64,000 nt of DNA from an uncultured Acidobacteriota bacterium. GTDB taxonomy: Bacteria > Acidobacteriota > Thermoanaerobaculia > Multivoradales > UBA5704. The stretch's first letter is position 1, and each line of letters opens with the position of its first letter. The DNA is taken from NCBI GenBank assembly GCA_963756455.1, contig CAVWNC010000003.1, positions 1,537,430 to 1,601,429 of the forward strand, in the 5' to 3' direction. The notes beneath the pieces were generated by a model. That model was given only the letters and a program-made list of their open reading frames with translations. It ran no database searches and was not told where the DNA came from. Positions 38,768-48,308 of the stretch are shown here, in pieces. Made by a program: the position numbers and the translations under genes.

Positions 38768-38794
38768 TTCCTTTCTCGTCAAGCCTCGACAGGG
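38768..38794. repeat. 27-bp direct repeat, copy 2, overlapping the stop codon and last codons of the RND permease gene
   Basis: A perfect copy of 38087..38113. On the minus strand it is followed by a degenerate duplicate of the cupin start (ATGGTCAGGGAGGGAACG, MVREGT..., versus ATGGTGAAGCACCTGACC, MVKHLT). Confidence 0.8.
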
Positions 38795-41700
38795 GTTTTC
38801 GGCGGCTCGGGTCGCGGCGCCCGGCGGAGGAGCCGGTCGCCCAGGCGGCCGAAGATTCGCGCCTCCACGAGATCGTCGAAGAGGCTGTAGGCGACCGGGG
38901 TACCGATCAGGGTGAGCAGCAGGGCGAGCGTCTGGCCGCCGATGATCACCGAGCCGATGGCCCGGTTGGTGGCGGCGCCGGTGCCGCTCGAGACGACGAG
39001 CGGAATCATACCGGCGACGAACGCCATGGTGGTCATGAGGATCGGCCGCAACCGATCGCGGTTGGCCTCGCGGATCGCCTCCGCCCGCGTAAGGCCCTGG
39101 GCGCGCAGGTTGATCGTGTGGTCGATCTGCAGAATGCTGTTCTTTTTGACGATACCGAAAAGGACGAGCACGCCGAGCGCCGAGAAAATGTTGAGCGACT
39201 GGTTGAGCACGATGAGCGAGAAGAGGGCGAACGGCACCGTCATGGGGAGAGCGAGGAGGATCGTCGCCGGGTGGAGCCAGCTCTCGAACTGGGCGGCGAG
39301 GATGAGATACATGAAGACGATCGAGAGCAGGAAGGCGAGGCCGAAGTTTTTGGCCGCCTTGCCCTGCTCGCGCGAGCGGCCGGTGAAGCCCGAGGAGTAG
39401 GCGGGCGGCATCTTCAGCTCCTGGGCGCTTTTCGCCAGCTTGTCGAGCACGGCCTGCGAGGAGAAGCCGGGGAGCATGTTGGCGTAGATCAACACCTGCC
39501 GCTGGCGGGAGATGCGGTTGATGAGGGACGGCCCGGTGCCGGGTTTGAGCTGGACGACGTCTCTGAGCGCCACCGAGCCGCGGACCCCGGAGGGCACCTC
39601 GGCCTGGGCGATGCCCTGCGGGTCGCGGCGGTAGCGCTCGTCGGCCCGCACGTGCACCTCGTACTGCTCGCCGGCCTCCATATAAGAGGTCACCTCCTGG
39701 CCGCCGACTAAAACGTTGACCGTCGAGGCGACGTCCTGCACGTGGACCCCGAGATCGGCCGCCTTGGCGCGGTCGACGCGGACCCCGAGCTCCGGCTGGC
39801 CGACGATCAGGTTCGAGTCGGCGTCGACGACACCCGGCACGGCCTTCAGATCGACGAGGAGCTTCTGCGAGTACTTGGCGAGCTGATCCAAATCCGGGCC
39901 GCCGACCCAGAACTGGATCTCGGCGTTGTTGCCGCCGCCGATCGCCGAGACCGGCGCCACCTGGGTGCGCAGGTTGAGCCGCGCGTACTCGGGCAGCACC
40001 TGCTTGCGGATGCGGTCCATGACGGCGAACTGGTCGACCTTGCGCTTATTGACCGGGACGAGCTTGACATAGACCGAAGCCAGGTTCTGGGTGAGCTGCG
40101 GATCGTTGGCCACGGTCAAGACGGTGGTCTCGACCTCGTGGAACTGGCGGACGCGCTTGGCGATCGACTCGGCGACCGTCTGCGTCGCCTCGAGGCTCGA
40201 ACCCTCGGGGGTCCTCAAGGTGACCTCGAACTGCGATTCGTCGTCCTCCGGCAGGAAGTTCTTGTTCACCCGGCTGAAGAGCGGACCGGTCGAGACGAAG
40301 ACGGCCAAAAGCGCCAGGACGACGATCCAGCGGTGGGCCATGGAGCCGTCGAGAAGCCAGAGATAGCCACGCTCGATGACGGCATAGAAACCTTTCTGCC
40401 GGGTGCTCGCATGGCCCCCGCTTGCGCTGGGGGTGCCGGCATCCTGGGGTTTCAACCAGCGCGAGCACATCATCGGGGTCAAGGTGAAGGAGACGAGGAG
40501 CGACACCGCGATGGCGAAGGCCATGGTGACGCCGAAGGAATTCATGAAGCGGCCGACGATGCCGCCCATGAAGGCGACGGGGAGGAAGACGGCGATGAGC
40601 GAGAGAGACGTTGCGAGGACGGCGAGCGCGATTTCCCCGGTTCCTTCAGCCGCCGCCTCGCTCGGCGAGAGCTTCTTTTCTTCTAAGAACCGGAAGACGT
40701 TTTCGAGCACGACGACGGCGTCGTCGATGACGATGCCGACGACCAGGGCGAGCGCCAGGAGGGTGATGACGTTGAGTGTGAAACCCATGTACTGCATCGC
40801 CGCGAACGTCGCGATGAGCGAGGTGGGAATGGCGACCGCGGCGATGATCGTGAGCCTGAAGCGACGGAGGAAGAGGAGCACCGTGGCGGCGGCCAGGAGC
40901 GAGCCTAAGACGAGGTGCTCCTTGACGGCGTCGACGGCGGCCGTGATGTATTCCGACTGGTCGCGGGCGATGTCCATCTTCCAGCCCTTGGGCAGCTGGG
41001 AGCGCAGCTGGTTGATCCGTTCTTTCAAGCGATCGATGACCTCGATTGTGTTGGTGCCGGACTGTTTTCGCACCTGGAGGATGACCGCCGGCTTGCCGTC
41101 GACGCTCGCGAGCGTCTCGGCTTCGGCCTGGCCGTCCTCCACCCGGGCGACATCTCTAAGCTTCACCGGATAGCCGTTCTTTTGGGCGACGGGAATGTCG
41201 CCGAACTCGGCCGGCGAGCCCACCCGGCCGTAGGTGCGGAGCGTCAGGTCGCGGATGCCCTGCTCGACCTGGCCGCCGGGGATCTGCACGTTCTGGGTCT
41301 GGAGGGCGCGGACGACGTCGGCCACGGTCAGGCCGACGCCCGAGAGCTTGGTCGAGTCGGTGATGACGTTGATCTGCCGCGGCCGACCGCCGACGAGCTT
41401 CGCCTGGCCGACGCCGTTGATCGATTCGATCTGCCGTTTCAAGCTCTTGTCGGCGAATTCCGTGATGTCGCGGATGGGCGCCGGGCCGGAGAGGGCGATC
41501 AGGAGGATGGGCTGGGCGTCGGGGTCGATCTTTTCGATGATCGGAGGATCGGCTTCCTTGGGGAGCTGGGCGAGGACGGTGTTGATCCGGTCGCGCACCT
41601 CTTGGGAGGCGATGTCGCCGTTCTTTTCGAGATCGAACGAGGCGACGACGACCGAGGTGCCCTCGGACGAGGTCGAGATGAGCTGGTCCATGCCGGAGAC

Positions 41701-41922
41701 GGTGTTGACCGCTTCCTCGATCTTGTCGGTGATCTCGGTCTCCATCTCCTCCGGGGAGGCGCCGACGAGGCGGGTGGTGATGGTGATCGTCGGCAGGTCG
41801 ACCTTGGGGAAACGATCGACCCCCAGCTTGACGTAGGCGAAGAGTCCGACGACGACCAGAGAGAGGATGAGGACGGTCGCGAAGACCGGCCTCCGGATGC
41901 AGAGCTCCGCCAGGGATTTCAT
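38779..41922 (-). CDS. RND efflux transporter permease (AcrB/HAE1 family)
   Basis: 1047 aa with 12-TM RND topology and conserved AcrB-type periplasmic loops. The start overlaps the MFP gene stop. Confidence 0.9.
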   Translation of the reverse strand: MKSLAELCIRRPVFATVLILSLVVVGLFAYVKLGVDRFPKVDLPTITITTRLVGASPEEMETEITDKIEEAVNTVSGMDQLISTSSEGTSVVVASFDLEKNGDIASQEVRDRINTVLAQLPKEADPPIIEKIDPDAQPILLIALSGPAPIRDITEFADKSLKRQIESINGVGQAKLVGGRPRQINVITDSTKLSGVGLTVADVVRALQTQNVQIPGGQVEQGIRDLTLRTYGRVGSPAEFGDIPVAQKNGYPVKLRDVARVEDGQAEAETLASVDGKPAVILQVRKQSGTNTIEVIDRLKERINQLRSQLPKGWKMDIARDQSEYITAAVDAVKEHLVLGSLLAAATVLLFLRRFRLTIIAAVAIPTSLIATFAAMQYMGFTLNVITLLALALVVGIVIDDAVVVLENVFRFLEEKKLSPSEAAAEGTGEIALAVLATSLSLIAVFLPVAFMGGIVGRFMNSFGVTMAFAIAVSLLVSFTLTPMMCSRWLKPQDAGTPSASGGHASTRQKGFYAVIERGYLWLLDGSMAHRWIVVLALLAVFVSTGPLFSRVNKNFLPEDDESQFEVTLRTPEGSSLEATQTVAESIAKRVRQFHEVETTVLTVANDPQLTQNLASVYVKLVPVNKRKVDQFAVMDRIRKQVLPEYARLNLRTQVAPVSAIGGGNNAEIQFWVGGPDLDQLAKYSQKLLVDLKAVPGVVDADSNLIVGQPELGVRVDRAKAADLGVHVQDVASTVNVLVGGQEVTSYMEAGEQYEVHVRADERYRRDPQGIAQAEVPSGVRGSVALRDVVQLKPGTGPSLINRISRQRQVLIYANMLPGFSSQAVLDKLAKSAQELKMPPAYSSGFTGRSREQGKAAKNFGLAFLLSIVFMYLILAAQFESWLHPATILLALPMTVPFALFSLIVLNQSLNIFSALGVLVLFGIVKKNSILQIDHTINLRAQGLTRAEAIREANRDRLRPILMTTMAFVAGMIPLVVSSGTGAATNRAIGSVIIGGQTLALLLTLIGTPVAYSLFDDLVEARIFGRLGDRLLRRAPRPEPPKTPVEA

Positions 41923-42980
41923 CGGCTGCCTCCTTTCGCCGGAGCGGCTGGGGCGGTCGGGGCCGTGGGCTCAACTTGCGGGGCGGGCGAGACCTGGAGC
42001 TCGACGCGGGCGAAGAGGCCGGGATAGAGCCGGCCGTCCCGATTCTCGAACTCGGTCTCGACGTTGAACGAACGGGTGGCGGGGTCGACGACGCCGCCGA
42101 CCAGGGTGACCCGCCCGCGGAACGGCTCCCGGGGATAGGGATCGACCGAGGCGGTGACCGCCTGCCCGCGGTGGACGGCGGAGAGGTAGCGCTCGGGGAG
42201 CTTGAAACGGAGCTTCAGAGGCGAGGTCTGGGCGACGACGAAGGCCACCGAGTTGTCGCCCAGGCGCTCGCCGACGTCGGTCCGCTTCTCGGCGACGACG
42301 CCGTCGATCGGCGAGCGGAGGACGGCGTCCGCCAGGCGCTGGCGGGCGAGGTCGCGGGCGACGACCGCCGACTGCTCGGCCGCCTTGGCCGAGTCGTAGG
42401 CCGAGCCCGAGCGGTCGTAGGCCGCCTGGGAGACAGAATTCTTGGCGATCAACTCTTTCTTGCGGCCGAGATCGCGCTCGGCGTCCTGGCTCGATGCGTG
42501 GGCGCGGGTGACGTCGGCTTCGGCACGTTGGAGATCGAGATTCAGATATTCAGTCTCGAGCTCCAGGAGCGGCTGGCCGCGGCGGACTCGGGCACCCTCG
42601 TCGACGAAGACCCGGCCGACCCGCCCGGGGAGGCGCATGGCGAGCTCGGAACGGACCGGGGAGACGAAGTCGCCGGTCGCCGCGACCCGGCCGCCATCGT
42701 CGGAGTCGCCGCCGCCAGGAGCGCCGGCGGAAGTGCCGTTGGAAGTGCCAGCCGATTCGTTGGCGCCGGCGGAATTGGGGGGATTGTCGGCAGCGGGGGC
42801 CGGCTTGGCGATCCCCGCGACCGGCGAGACGTCGGAGGGCAGGGCCGGCGCCGCTTCGGTGGCGGTCGCGGGATCGCCGGCGGCCGTTTGAGCGGCGGGG
42901 GATTTGGCATGCCCGCACCCGTCCAGCCCGACGAGGAGCAGGACGGAGGCGAGAAGGGACGGCATCGTATGGAGCTTCAT
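41919..42980 (-). CDS. RND efflux periplasmic adaptor (membrane fusion protein, HlyD/AcrA family)
   Basis: A lipoprotein-type signal, a coiled-coil hairpin, and beta-barrel/MP domains (VTLVGGVVDPATRSF.VE). Confidence 0.85.
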   Translation of the reverse strand: MKLHTMPSLLASVLLLVGLDGCGHAKSPAAQTAAGDPATATEAAPALPSDVSPVAGIAKPAPAADNPPNSAGANESAGTSNGTSAGAPGGGDSDDGGRVAATGDFVSPVRSELAMRLPGRVGRVFVDEGARVRRGQPLLELETEYLNLDLQRAEADVTRAHASSQDAERDLGRKKELIAKNSVSQAAYDRSGSAYDSAKAAEQSAVVARDLARQRLADAVLRSPIDGVVAEKRTDVGERLGDNSVAFVVAQTSPLKLRFKLPERYLSAVHRGQAVTASVDPYPREPFRGRVTLVGGVVDPATRSFNVETEFENRDGRLYPGLFARVELQVSPAPQVEPTAPTAPAAPAKGGSR

Positions 42981-44335
42981 CGGGCACTCTCCTCGAAAAC
43001 GGTCTTCTTGAGCAGCCCCGCCGACGCCCAGACGCGGAGCTCGGCCAGATCACGGTCCAGCTGGCCGGTCGCGACGGCGCGGCGGGCATCGGCCAGCGAG
43101 GCCTCGGCGGAGGCGAGATCGAGCGCGGTCGTCTCCTGGGCGTTATAGAGGTCCGAGGCCTGGGCATGCTCGGCCTCGCTCGCGGTCAACTGTTCCTTGG
43201 CGAGCACCAGGCTCGCCTCGGCGGCGTTCAGATCGACCAGGGCGCGGCGGACGTCCTCGCGCACCCCCTGGCGGGTCTCGGCGAGCTGAAACTCCGCCTG
43301 GTGCTCCTGCTCGCGGGCGACGGCCACCCGCGCCTTCACCTCGCCGCTGTCGAAGATGGGAACCGAGAGGTTGAGCGAGAATTGCCCATAGCGGTCGGCG
43401 GGGAAGAGGGAGCGCTGGTCGATGTAGTCACCGCTCGCGGTGACGACGGGGAGCGAGGCGCCGCGCTGCTTTCTGATCTCCAGCTGGGCGTTTTCGACCG
43501 CCAGTTGGGCCTCCGCCACCTCCGGACGCTCGCGCTCCGCCTCGACCAGGAGAGCGGCCTCGGGCGGCAGCTTGGGAAAGACGGAGCCGGGCGGGCCGAC
43601 GCGGATCGGCTGGTCGAGGGCGAGGTCGACCCTGAGGCGGCTCTCGCTCTGATCGCGCTGGCGCTGGGCTTCGGCCAGCCGGCGCTGGGCGGCCTTGGTG
43701 TCGGCCACGGCGCGCAGCACGTCGACCCGGGTGCTCTCGCCGGCGTCGAAAAGATTCTGCGCCTGCCCGTGGCGCTGCTCGGCGAGGGCGATGTTCTGCT
43801 TCTCGACGTCGATGAGAGCGTCCCCCTGGACGATCCCCAGAAAATCGGCGATGACGGCGATCAGCAGGTTTTCCTCGGCGCCCCGGGTCCCCTCCCGGGC
43901 GGTGGTGATGGCGAGCCGGGCCTGCTCCAGGGCGCGCCGCTCGCGGTTGCCGGCGTAGATCGGTTGATCCAGGTTCACCCGATAGTTCCAGTCGTTTCGA
44001 GCCAGGATGATCGTCTTGTCCTTCCCGGTGCCGAAGGCGGCTTCCAGGCTGTTGCGGGTGAGGGCACCGGCGAAGCTGATCTTGGGCAGGATCGACGACA
44101 GGGCGACCTGGGTCTGCGCCTGGGCGATCCCGATCTGCGCCCGGGTCCGCCCGAGGGCGGGATTGGCCTGGAGCGCCCGCCGCAAGGCGTCGTTCAAGGT
44201 CAGCGTGACCGACGCCGGCGAGGCGGCACCGGGCGGCGCTGGCGCGACGGGCGGCGCCTGCTGCCCGCGAGCGGGCAGGCCGCCTGAAAGAAGGGGCAGA
44301 AATCCCCCCCATAGAAGGATGGAACGGATCGTCAA
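42977..44335 (-). CDS. TolC-like outer membrane efflux protein (TTG start)
   Basis: Tandem OEP repeats. The signal peptide follows a TTG start codon that is preceded by the RBS AAAGGAGAG. No in-frame ATG exists upstream of the signal peptide. Confidence 0.75.
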   Translation of the reverse strand: MTIRSILLWGGFLPLLSGGLPARGQQAPPVAPAPPGAASPASVTLTLNDALRRALQANPALGRTRAQIGIAQAQTQVALSSILPKISFAGALTRNSLEAAFGTGKDKTIILARNDWNYRVNLDQPIYAGNRERRALEQARLAITTAREGTRGAEENLLIAVIADFLGIVQGDALIDVEKQNIALAEQRHGQAQNLFDAGESTRVDVLRAVADTKAAQRRLAEAQRQRDQSESRLRVDLALDQPIRVGPPGSVFPKLPPEAALLVEAERERPEVAEAQLAVENAQLEIRKQRGASLPVVTASGDYIDQRSLFPADRYGQFSLNLSVPIFDSGEVKARVAVAREQEHQAEFQLAETRQGVREDVRRALVDLNAAEASLVLAKEQLTASEAEHAQASDLYNAQETTALDLASAEASLADARRAVATGQLDRDLAELRVWASAGLLKKTVFEESAR

Positions 44336-44360
44336 CGGTCTCTCCTTTATCGTGGACGGC

Positions 44361-45023
44361 TCAGCAGTCCCGGCCGGTCTGGCCTTCGACCGGCGCCGGA
44401 GCGCGGAGCCCCGCCGCCAGGAAGGCCACCAGATGATCGGCCGCGCCCTCCGTGTCGCCCATGGGGCAGCGGCCCTCTGAATAGCGTTCGATGAGCTGGC
44501 CGCAGGCGACGGTGTGGCCGAGGGCGCCGGCGACGAAGTGGAAGCGCCAGACGATCTCGTCCTCCGGCACCTCCGGAAGAAGCTGGGCGAAAACGGTGGT
44601 GAAGCGGTGGAAGACCTCCGAGAATTGTTCGATGAGGATCTCCCGGGTCTCGTCGTCGGGCTCCATGAAGGCCCGTCCCATGAGCCGGCCGAAGGCGCCA
44701 TGGGACACGTCGCGGGCCATGTCGAGGGCCGGCACGAGGAAGGCGTGGAGCACGTCCTCGATCTCTCCTCCCGCCTCCTCACAACGCTTGAGGCGTCGCA
44801 GCCGCTCCTCGTTGAGCGGTGCCAGGCGCCGGGAGAAGACCGCCCGGACCAGCCCCTGCTTAGAACCGAAGTGGTAGTGGACGGCGGCGAGGTTCGCCCC
44901 CGCCCGCTCGGTGATGGCGCGGAGCGAGGCCGCCTGGATGCCCCGCTCGGAGAACAGGCTCTCCGCGGCGTCCAGCAGGCTCTCCCTCGTACCGGCTTCG
45001 ATCTGCTCGCTCGTCTTGGTCAT
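44361..45023 (-). CDS. TetR-family transcriptional repressor
   Basis: An N-terminal TetR HTH (LLDAAESLFSERGIQAASLRAITERAGANLAAVHYHFGSKQGL) with a divergent ligand-binding domain. It lies upstream of and co-directional with the efflux operon. Confidence 0.85.
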   Translation of the reverse strand: MTKTSEQIEAGTRESLLDAAESLFSERGIQAASLRAITERAGANLAAVHYHFGSKQGLVRAVFSRRLAPLNEERLRRLKRCEEAGGEIEDVLHAFLVPALDMARDVSHGAFGRLMGRAFMEPDDETREILIEQFSEVFHRFTTVFAQLLPEVPEDEIVWRFHFVAGALGHTVACGQLIERYSEGRCPMGDTEGAADHLVAFLAAGLRAPAPVEGQTGRDC

Positions 45024-45025
45024 AA

Positions 45026-45054
45026 TCAAACGTCCGATTGAAACGAACGTTTGA
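45026..45054. promoter_or_regulatory. Candidate TetR operator: 8-bp perfect inverted repeat TCAAACGT-N13-ACGTTTGA abutting the tetR start codon
   Basis: The sequence is tcaaacgtccgattgaaacgaacgtttga. Confidence 0.5.
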
Positions 45055-45157
45055 ATTGTGACGTGGAGAGAGCCTCTTGTCAACCCGCCTGCCAACCCGA
45101 TGACTTCCGTCGGGGTGAGCTGCTACTGTTCGGCCGCCCGAGCTTGAGAAGAACCCC

Positions 45158-46798
45158 ATGGAACCCAGCGCCCCCACCTCCGGCCCGGCAGCCCCTTCCT
45201 CCGACCGCCCCTCCCGGGCCCACACCTGGGCGCTCGGGGGGCTCTTCGCCTGGGCCTTCGTGCTCTTCGCGGTGGGGATCGAATGGGGGTTGCCGAACTG
45301 GATGGCCTGGGCGGGCGACGAGCTCAATCCGCCCACCTGGGTCAAGGCGATCTCGCCCGCCACCCCCACCGGCTGGCACGCCCGCTATCCGCCGCTCCAC
45401 TTCGCCCTCCTCTACTGGACCTCCTGGCCGCTCCGCCTGCTCCTCGACCACAAGATCCTGGCGCTCGACGACCTGGACGCCAACACCCTCCTCACCTACT
45501 TCGGCCGGATCGTGAGCCTGGTGATGGGCCTCGCGACCCTCTGGCTCGTCTACCGGGTGGGCTGCGAAGTCTACGACCGCCGTTCGGCTCTCTCAGCGGT
45601 CTTCGTCACCGCTTCGATCGCTCCGTTCGTCTACTACGCGAAGATGACGAACCTGGACGTCCCTTACATCTGCTGGTTCGCCCTCTCGCTCCTCGCCTAC
45701 GTCCGCGCCCTCAAGTATCAGCGCCTGCGGGACTATCTGCTCTTCGGAGCGGCGGCCGCCGCCGCGGTCTGCACCAAGGACCAGGCCTACGGCCTCTACA
45801 TGCTCGCCCCGCTCGCCCTGATCGCGGGCCTCTACCGGCGCGACTTCCGCGATCGCGGTCTCCCCCGAGGCCTCCTGCGCTCGCTCTTCGATCCCCGGCT
45901 GATCGCCGGCGGGGTGACTGCCGCCTTCTGCTTCGCCCTCTTCCAGAACCTCTTCGGCAACTTCCACCGCTTCCAGGTCCACGTCCACCTCCTCCTCGGG
46001 CCGATGAGCGAGGGCTACAAGGACTTCCCCGACACCTGGGCCGGTCACCGGGATCTGCTGGTGCTCTTCCTCCGCCAGATCGCCTTCGCGCTCAACCCGG
46101 CGATGACGGTCGCCTGCGTCCTCGGCCTGCTGCTCACGATCTACAAAGCGATGAAGCGGCGGGACCGGGAGGAAGTTTTCCTCCTCGGATGCATCTTCCT
46201 TCTCGTCGTCTCCTACTACGTGACCTTCCTGAACCTCATCCTCTTCACCTTCGACCGCTATGTTCTCCCCGTGACGGTGCTCCTCGCCCTCTTCGGCGGC
46301 CGCTTCCTGGGCGAGGTTCTGGCTCTGCCCGGCGCCCGGCCGGCTCTCCGTCGGGTGGCGGTGACGATCGTGGGGGTCGTCGGGCTCTACAGCGTCCTCT
46401 ACGCCAGCTCGGTCGATTTCCGGCTGCTCGCCGATTCGCGCTATTACGTGGAGGCCTGGCTGGAAAAGCGGGGGGTGAAGCCGGAGCAGGTGCTGGCGAT
46501 CGGGCGGACCCACCATGTGCCGCGCTTCGAACGCATCCCCTGGGAGAAGGTTCTGCGCTCGGACGGCCAGGCCCTCCTGGAGGAGAAACCGGACTATGTG
46601 ACGGTCAACCTGACCGACATCCGCCGCCCCTCCGAGGCGGACATGACGGAGCGCCTGAAGAACGGCGATCTCGGCTACCGGCTGGTCCTGGACCGCCAGT
46701 CGAAGCCGTTCCTCAATCTCCTCTCGAATAACGACGTTGGCTCGTCGCAACGCTTCGTCAATCCGGAGATCGCGGTCTACGCGCGGAACCCAGGCTGA
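45158..46798 (+). CDS. Polytopic membrane protein, putative GT-C-type glycosyltransferase
   Basis: About 11 TM helices in the N-terminal 400 aa and a soluble C-terminal domain, the same overall architecture as the GT39-like protein at 14970..17069. Confidence 0.55.
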   Translation: MEPSAPTSGPAAPSSDRPSRAHTWALGGLFAWAFVLFAVGIEWGLPNWMAWAGDELNPPTWVKAISPATPTGWHARYPPLHFALLYWTSWPLRLLLDHKILALDDLDANTLLTYFGRIVSLVMGLATLWLVYRVGCEVYDRRSALSAVFVTASIAPFVYYAKMTNLDVPYICWFALSLLAYVRALKYQRLRDYLLFGAAAAAAVCTKDQAYGLYMLAPLALIAGLYRRDFRDRGLPRGLLRSLFDPRLIAGGVTAAFCFALFQNLFGNFHRFQVHVHLLLGPMSEGYKDFPDTWAGHRDLLVLFLRQIAFALNPAMTVACVLGLLLTIYKAMKRRDREEVFLLGCIFLLVVSYYVTFLNLILFTFDRYVLPVTVLLALFGGRFLGEVLALPGARPALRRVAVTIVGVVGLYSVLYASSVDFRLLADSRYYVEAWLEKRGVKPEQVLAIGRTHHVPRFERIPWEKVLRSDGQALLEEKPDYVTVNLTDIRRPSEADMTERLKNGDLGYRLVLDRQSKPFLNLLSNNDVGSSQRFVNPEIAVYARNPG

Positions 46799-46816
46799 GG
46801 GGCGACGACGACGCCC

Positions 46817-47458
46817 TCAGTTCGGCTGCCAGCTGTCGAGCTCGGTCACTTGCGGGGAGACGGGGAGGAAGCGTACGAAGCGGTTGTGGTAGTACATGGT
46901 GACCGGCCAGTAGGTGTTCTGTTCCTGGTAGTCGCCGTTCGGCTTGGAGGGGTCGACGACGGCCAGCCGGCGGTCCGGGCTCGCTCCCGGCCAGGTGGCC
47001 TTGGCGAAGGCGACGACGATCGCGGTGCCGTAGCCGGTGGCGCAGGCGTCCAAAACCTCGACCTGGTTCGGCTGGCCGCTCCAGCCGCCGGGGTTCGTCA
47101 CCCCGAGGAGGGCGGGCTGGTTCTGGAAGGCCCAGCCCATCGCCTCGGCGACCGAGGCGGTGAGCTCGTTGTCCGGCCCCAGCCAGCGCTTCCGGGTGTA
47201 GCTCCCCGGTCCCCAGCGGCGCTCGAACTCAGGTCCGCTCGAGAGCGGATCGGTCACCGTGAAGTTGATCGTGGCGTCCCGCTCGCGCCAGGCCCCGGTC
47301 GTCGGGTTCTGGACGTAGTACCGCGAGGTGAGCTGGCCGACGGCCTGGGCATCGAATCCGACCCCCGCCTGGGTGGCATCGCTGGCGCTGGGAACCAGGA
47401 GGGAAAAGAGGGAGCAGGCGAGGACGAGCCCCGAGCAGCCGAGCGAGCGGATCTTCAT
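46817..47458 (-). CDS. Secreted hypothetical protein
   Basis: A signal peptide (MKIRSLGCSGLVLACSLFSLLVPSASDA) and no recognised domain. Confidence 0.55.
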   Translation of the reverse strand: MKIRSLGCSGLVLACSLFSLLVPSASDATQAGVGFDAQAVGQLTSRYYVQNPTTGAWRERDATINFTVTDPLSSGPEFERRWGPGSYTRKRWLGPDNELTASVAEAMGWAFQNQPALLGVTNPGGWSGQPNQVEVLDACATGYGTAIVVAFAKATWPGASPDRRLAVVDPSKPNGDYQEQNTYWPVTMYYHNRFVRFLPVSPQVTELDSWQPN

Positions 47459-47573
47459 CCGTTGAACCTCCAGAGACAGTTCGGCGCCCGGGGACGCCCG
47501 TTGGACTTCTTATGCTGCTCCCGCATCATCCCACTCCGGGCGCGAAATGCCAAGCGCCCGAGGGAGGCGTGGA

Positions 47574-48308
47574 TCAGGCGAACAGCTGGGCGATCGAGGC
47601 CTGGATGCCCTCGGCGGCCTGGCGGGGATCGGGGGCGTTCTGGATCGGCCGGCCGACGACGATGTAGTCGGCGCCGTTGCCGAACGCCTCTAGGACGGTG
47701 ACCACCCGCTTCTGGTCGTCGGCGGGCCGGTTCTCGACCGGCCGGATGCCGGGGGTGACGAGGAGGAGCTTCTCGCCCAGCTCTTCGCGGAGCTCCCGCG
47801 CTTCGAGCCCCGAGGAGACCACCCCGTCGCAGCCCAGGGCCAGAGCGCGCCGGGCGCGGGAGAGGACGAGCCGGTGGACGTCGACCGTGAACCCCAGGTC
47901 TTCCAGGTCGCCCTGGTCGAGGCTGGTGAGGACGGTGACCGCGAGGATCTTGAGAGGTCCCTTGGCGGAGACCGCGGCCTCCAGCAGGCGGTCGTTGCCA
48001 TGGACGGTCGTCAGGGTGATGGGGCGCTGGGCGAGCTGGCGCACCGCCTTCTTGACCGTCTCCGGTACGTCGAAGAGCTTCAGGTCGACGAAGACCTTCT
48101 TGCCGCGGGCGACGAGCCAGTCGACGAGGTCGAAGGACCCTCCCGAGAGGAAGAGCTCCAGGCCGACCTTATAGAAGAGGACGGAGTCCCCGAGGGTCTC
48201 GACGAGCTGGCGAGCCGCCTCGGGGCTCGCGACGTCGAGGGCGAAGATCAGTCGTTCGGCAGCGGGGATGGGCTTGGCGGACAGCAGGGCTGGAGCGGTT
48301 GGAGTCGA
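47574..48308 (-). CDS. pyrF: Orotidine 5'-phosphate decarboxylase
   Basis: LIFALDV...KVGLELF, the active-site DLKLFDVPETV, and VTPGIRP are present. The start was chosen at MSTPTAP. Confidence 0.85.
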   Translation of the reverse strand, partial: STPTAPALLSAKPIPAAERLIFALDVASPEAARQLVETLGDSVLFYKVGLELFLSGGSFDLVDWLVARGKKVFVDLKLFDVPETVKKAVRQLAQRPITLTTVHGNDRLLEAAVSAKGPLKILAVTVLTSLDQGDLEDLGFTVDVHRLVLSRARRALALGCDGVVSSGLEARELREELGEKLLLVTPGIRPVENRPADDQKRVVTVLEAFGNGADYIVVGRPIQNAPDPRQAAEGIQASIAQLFA

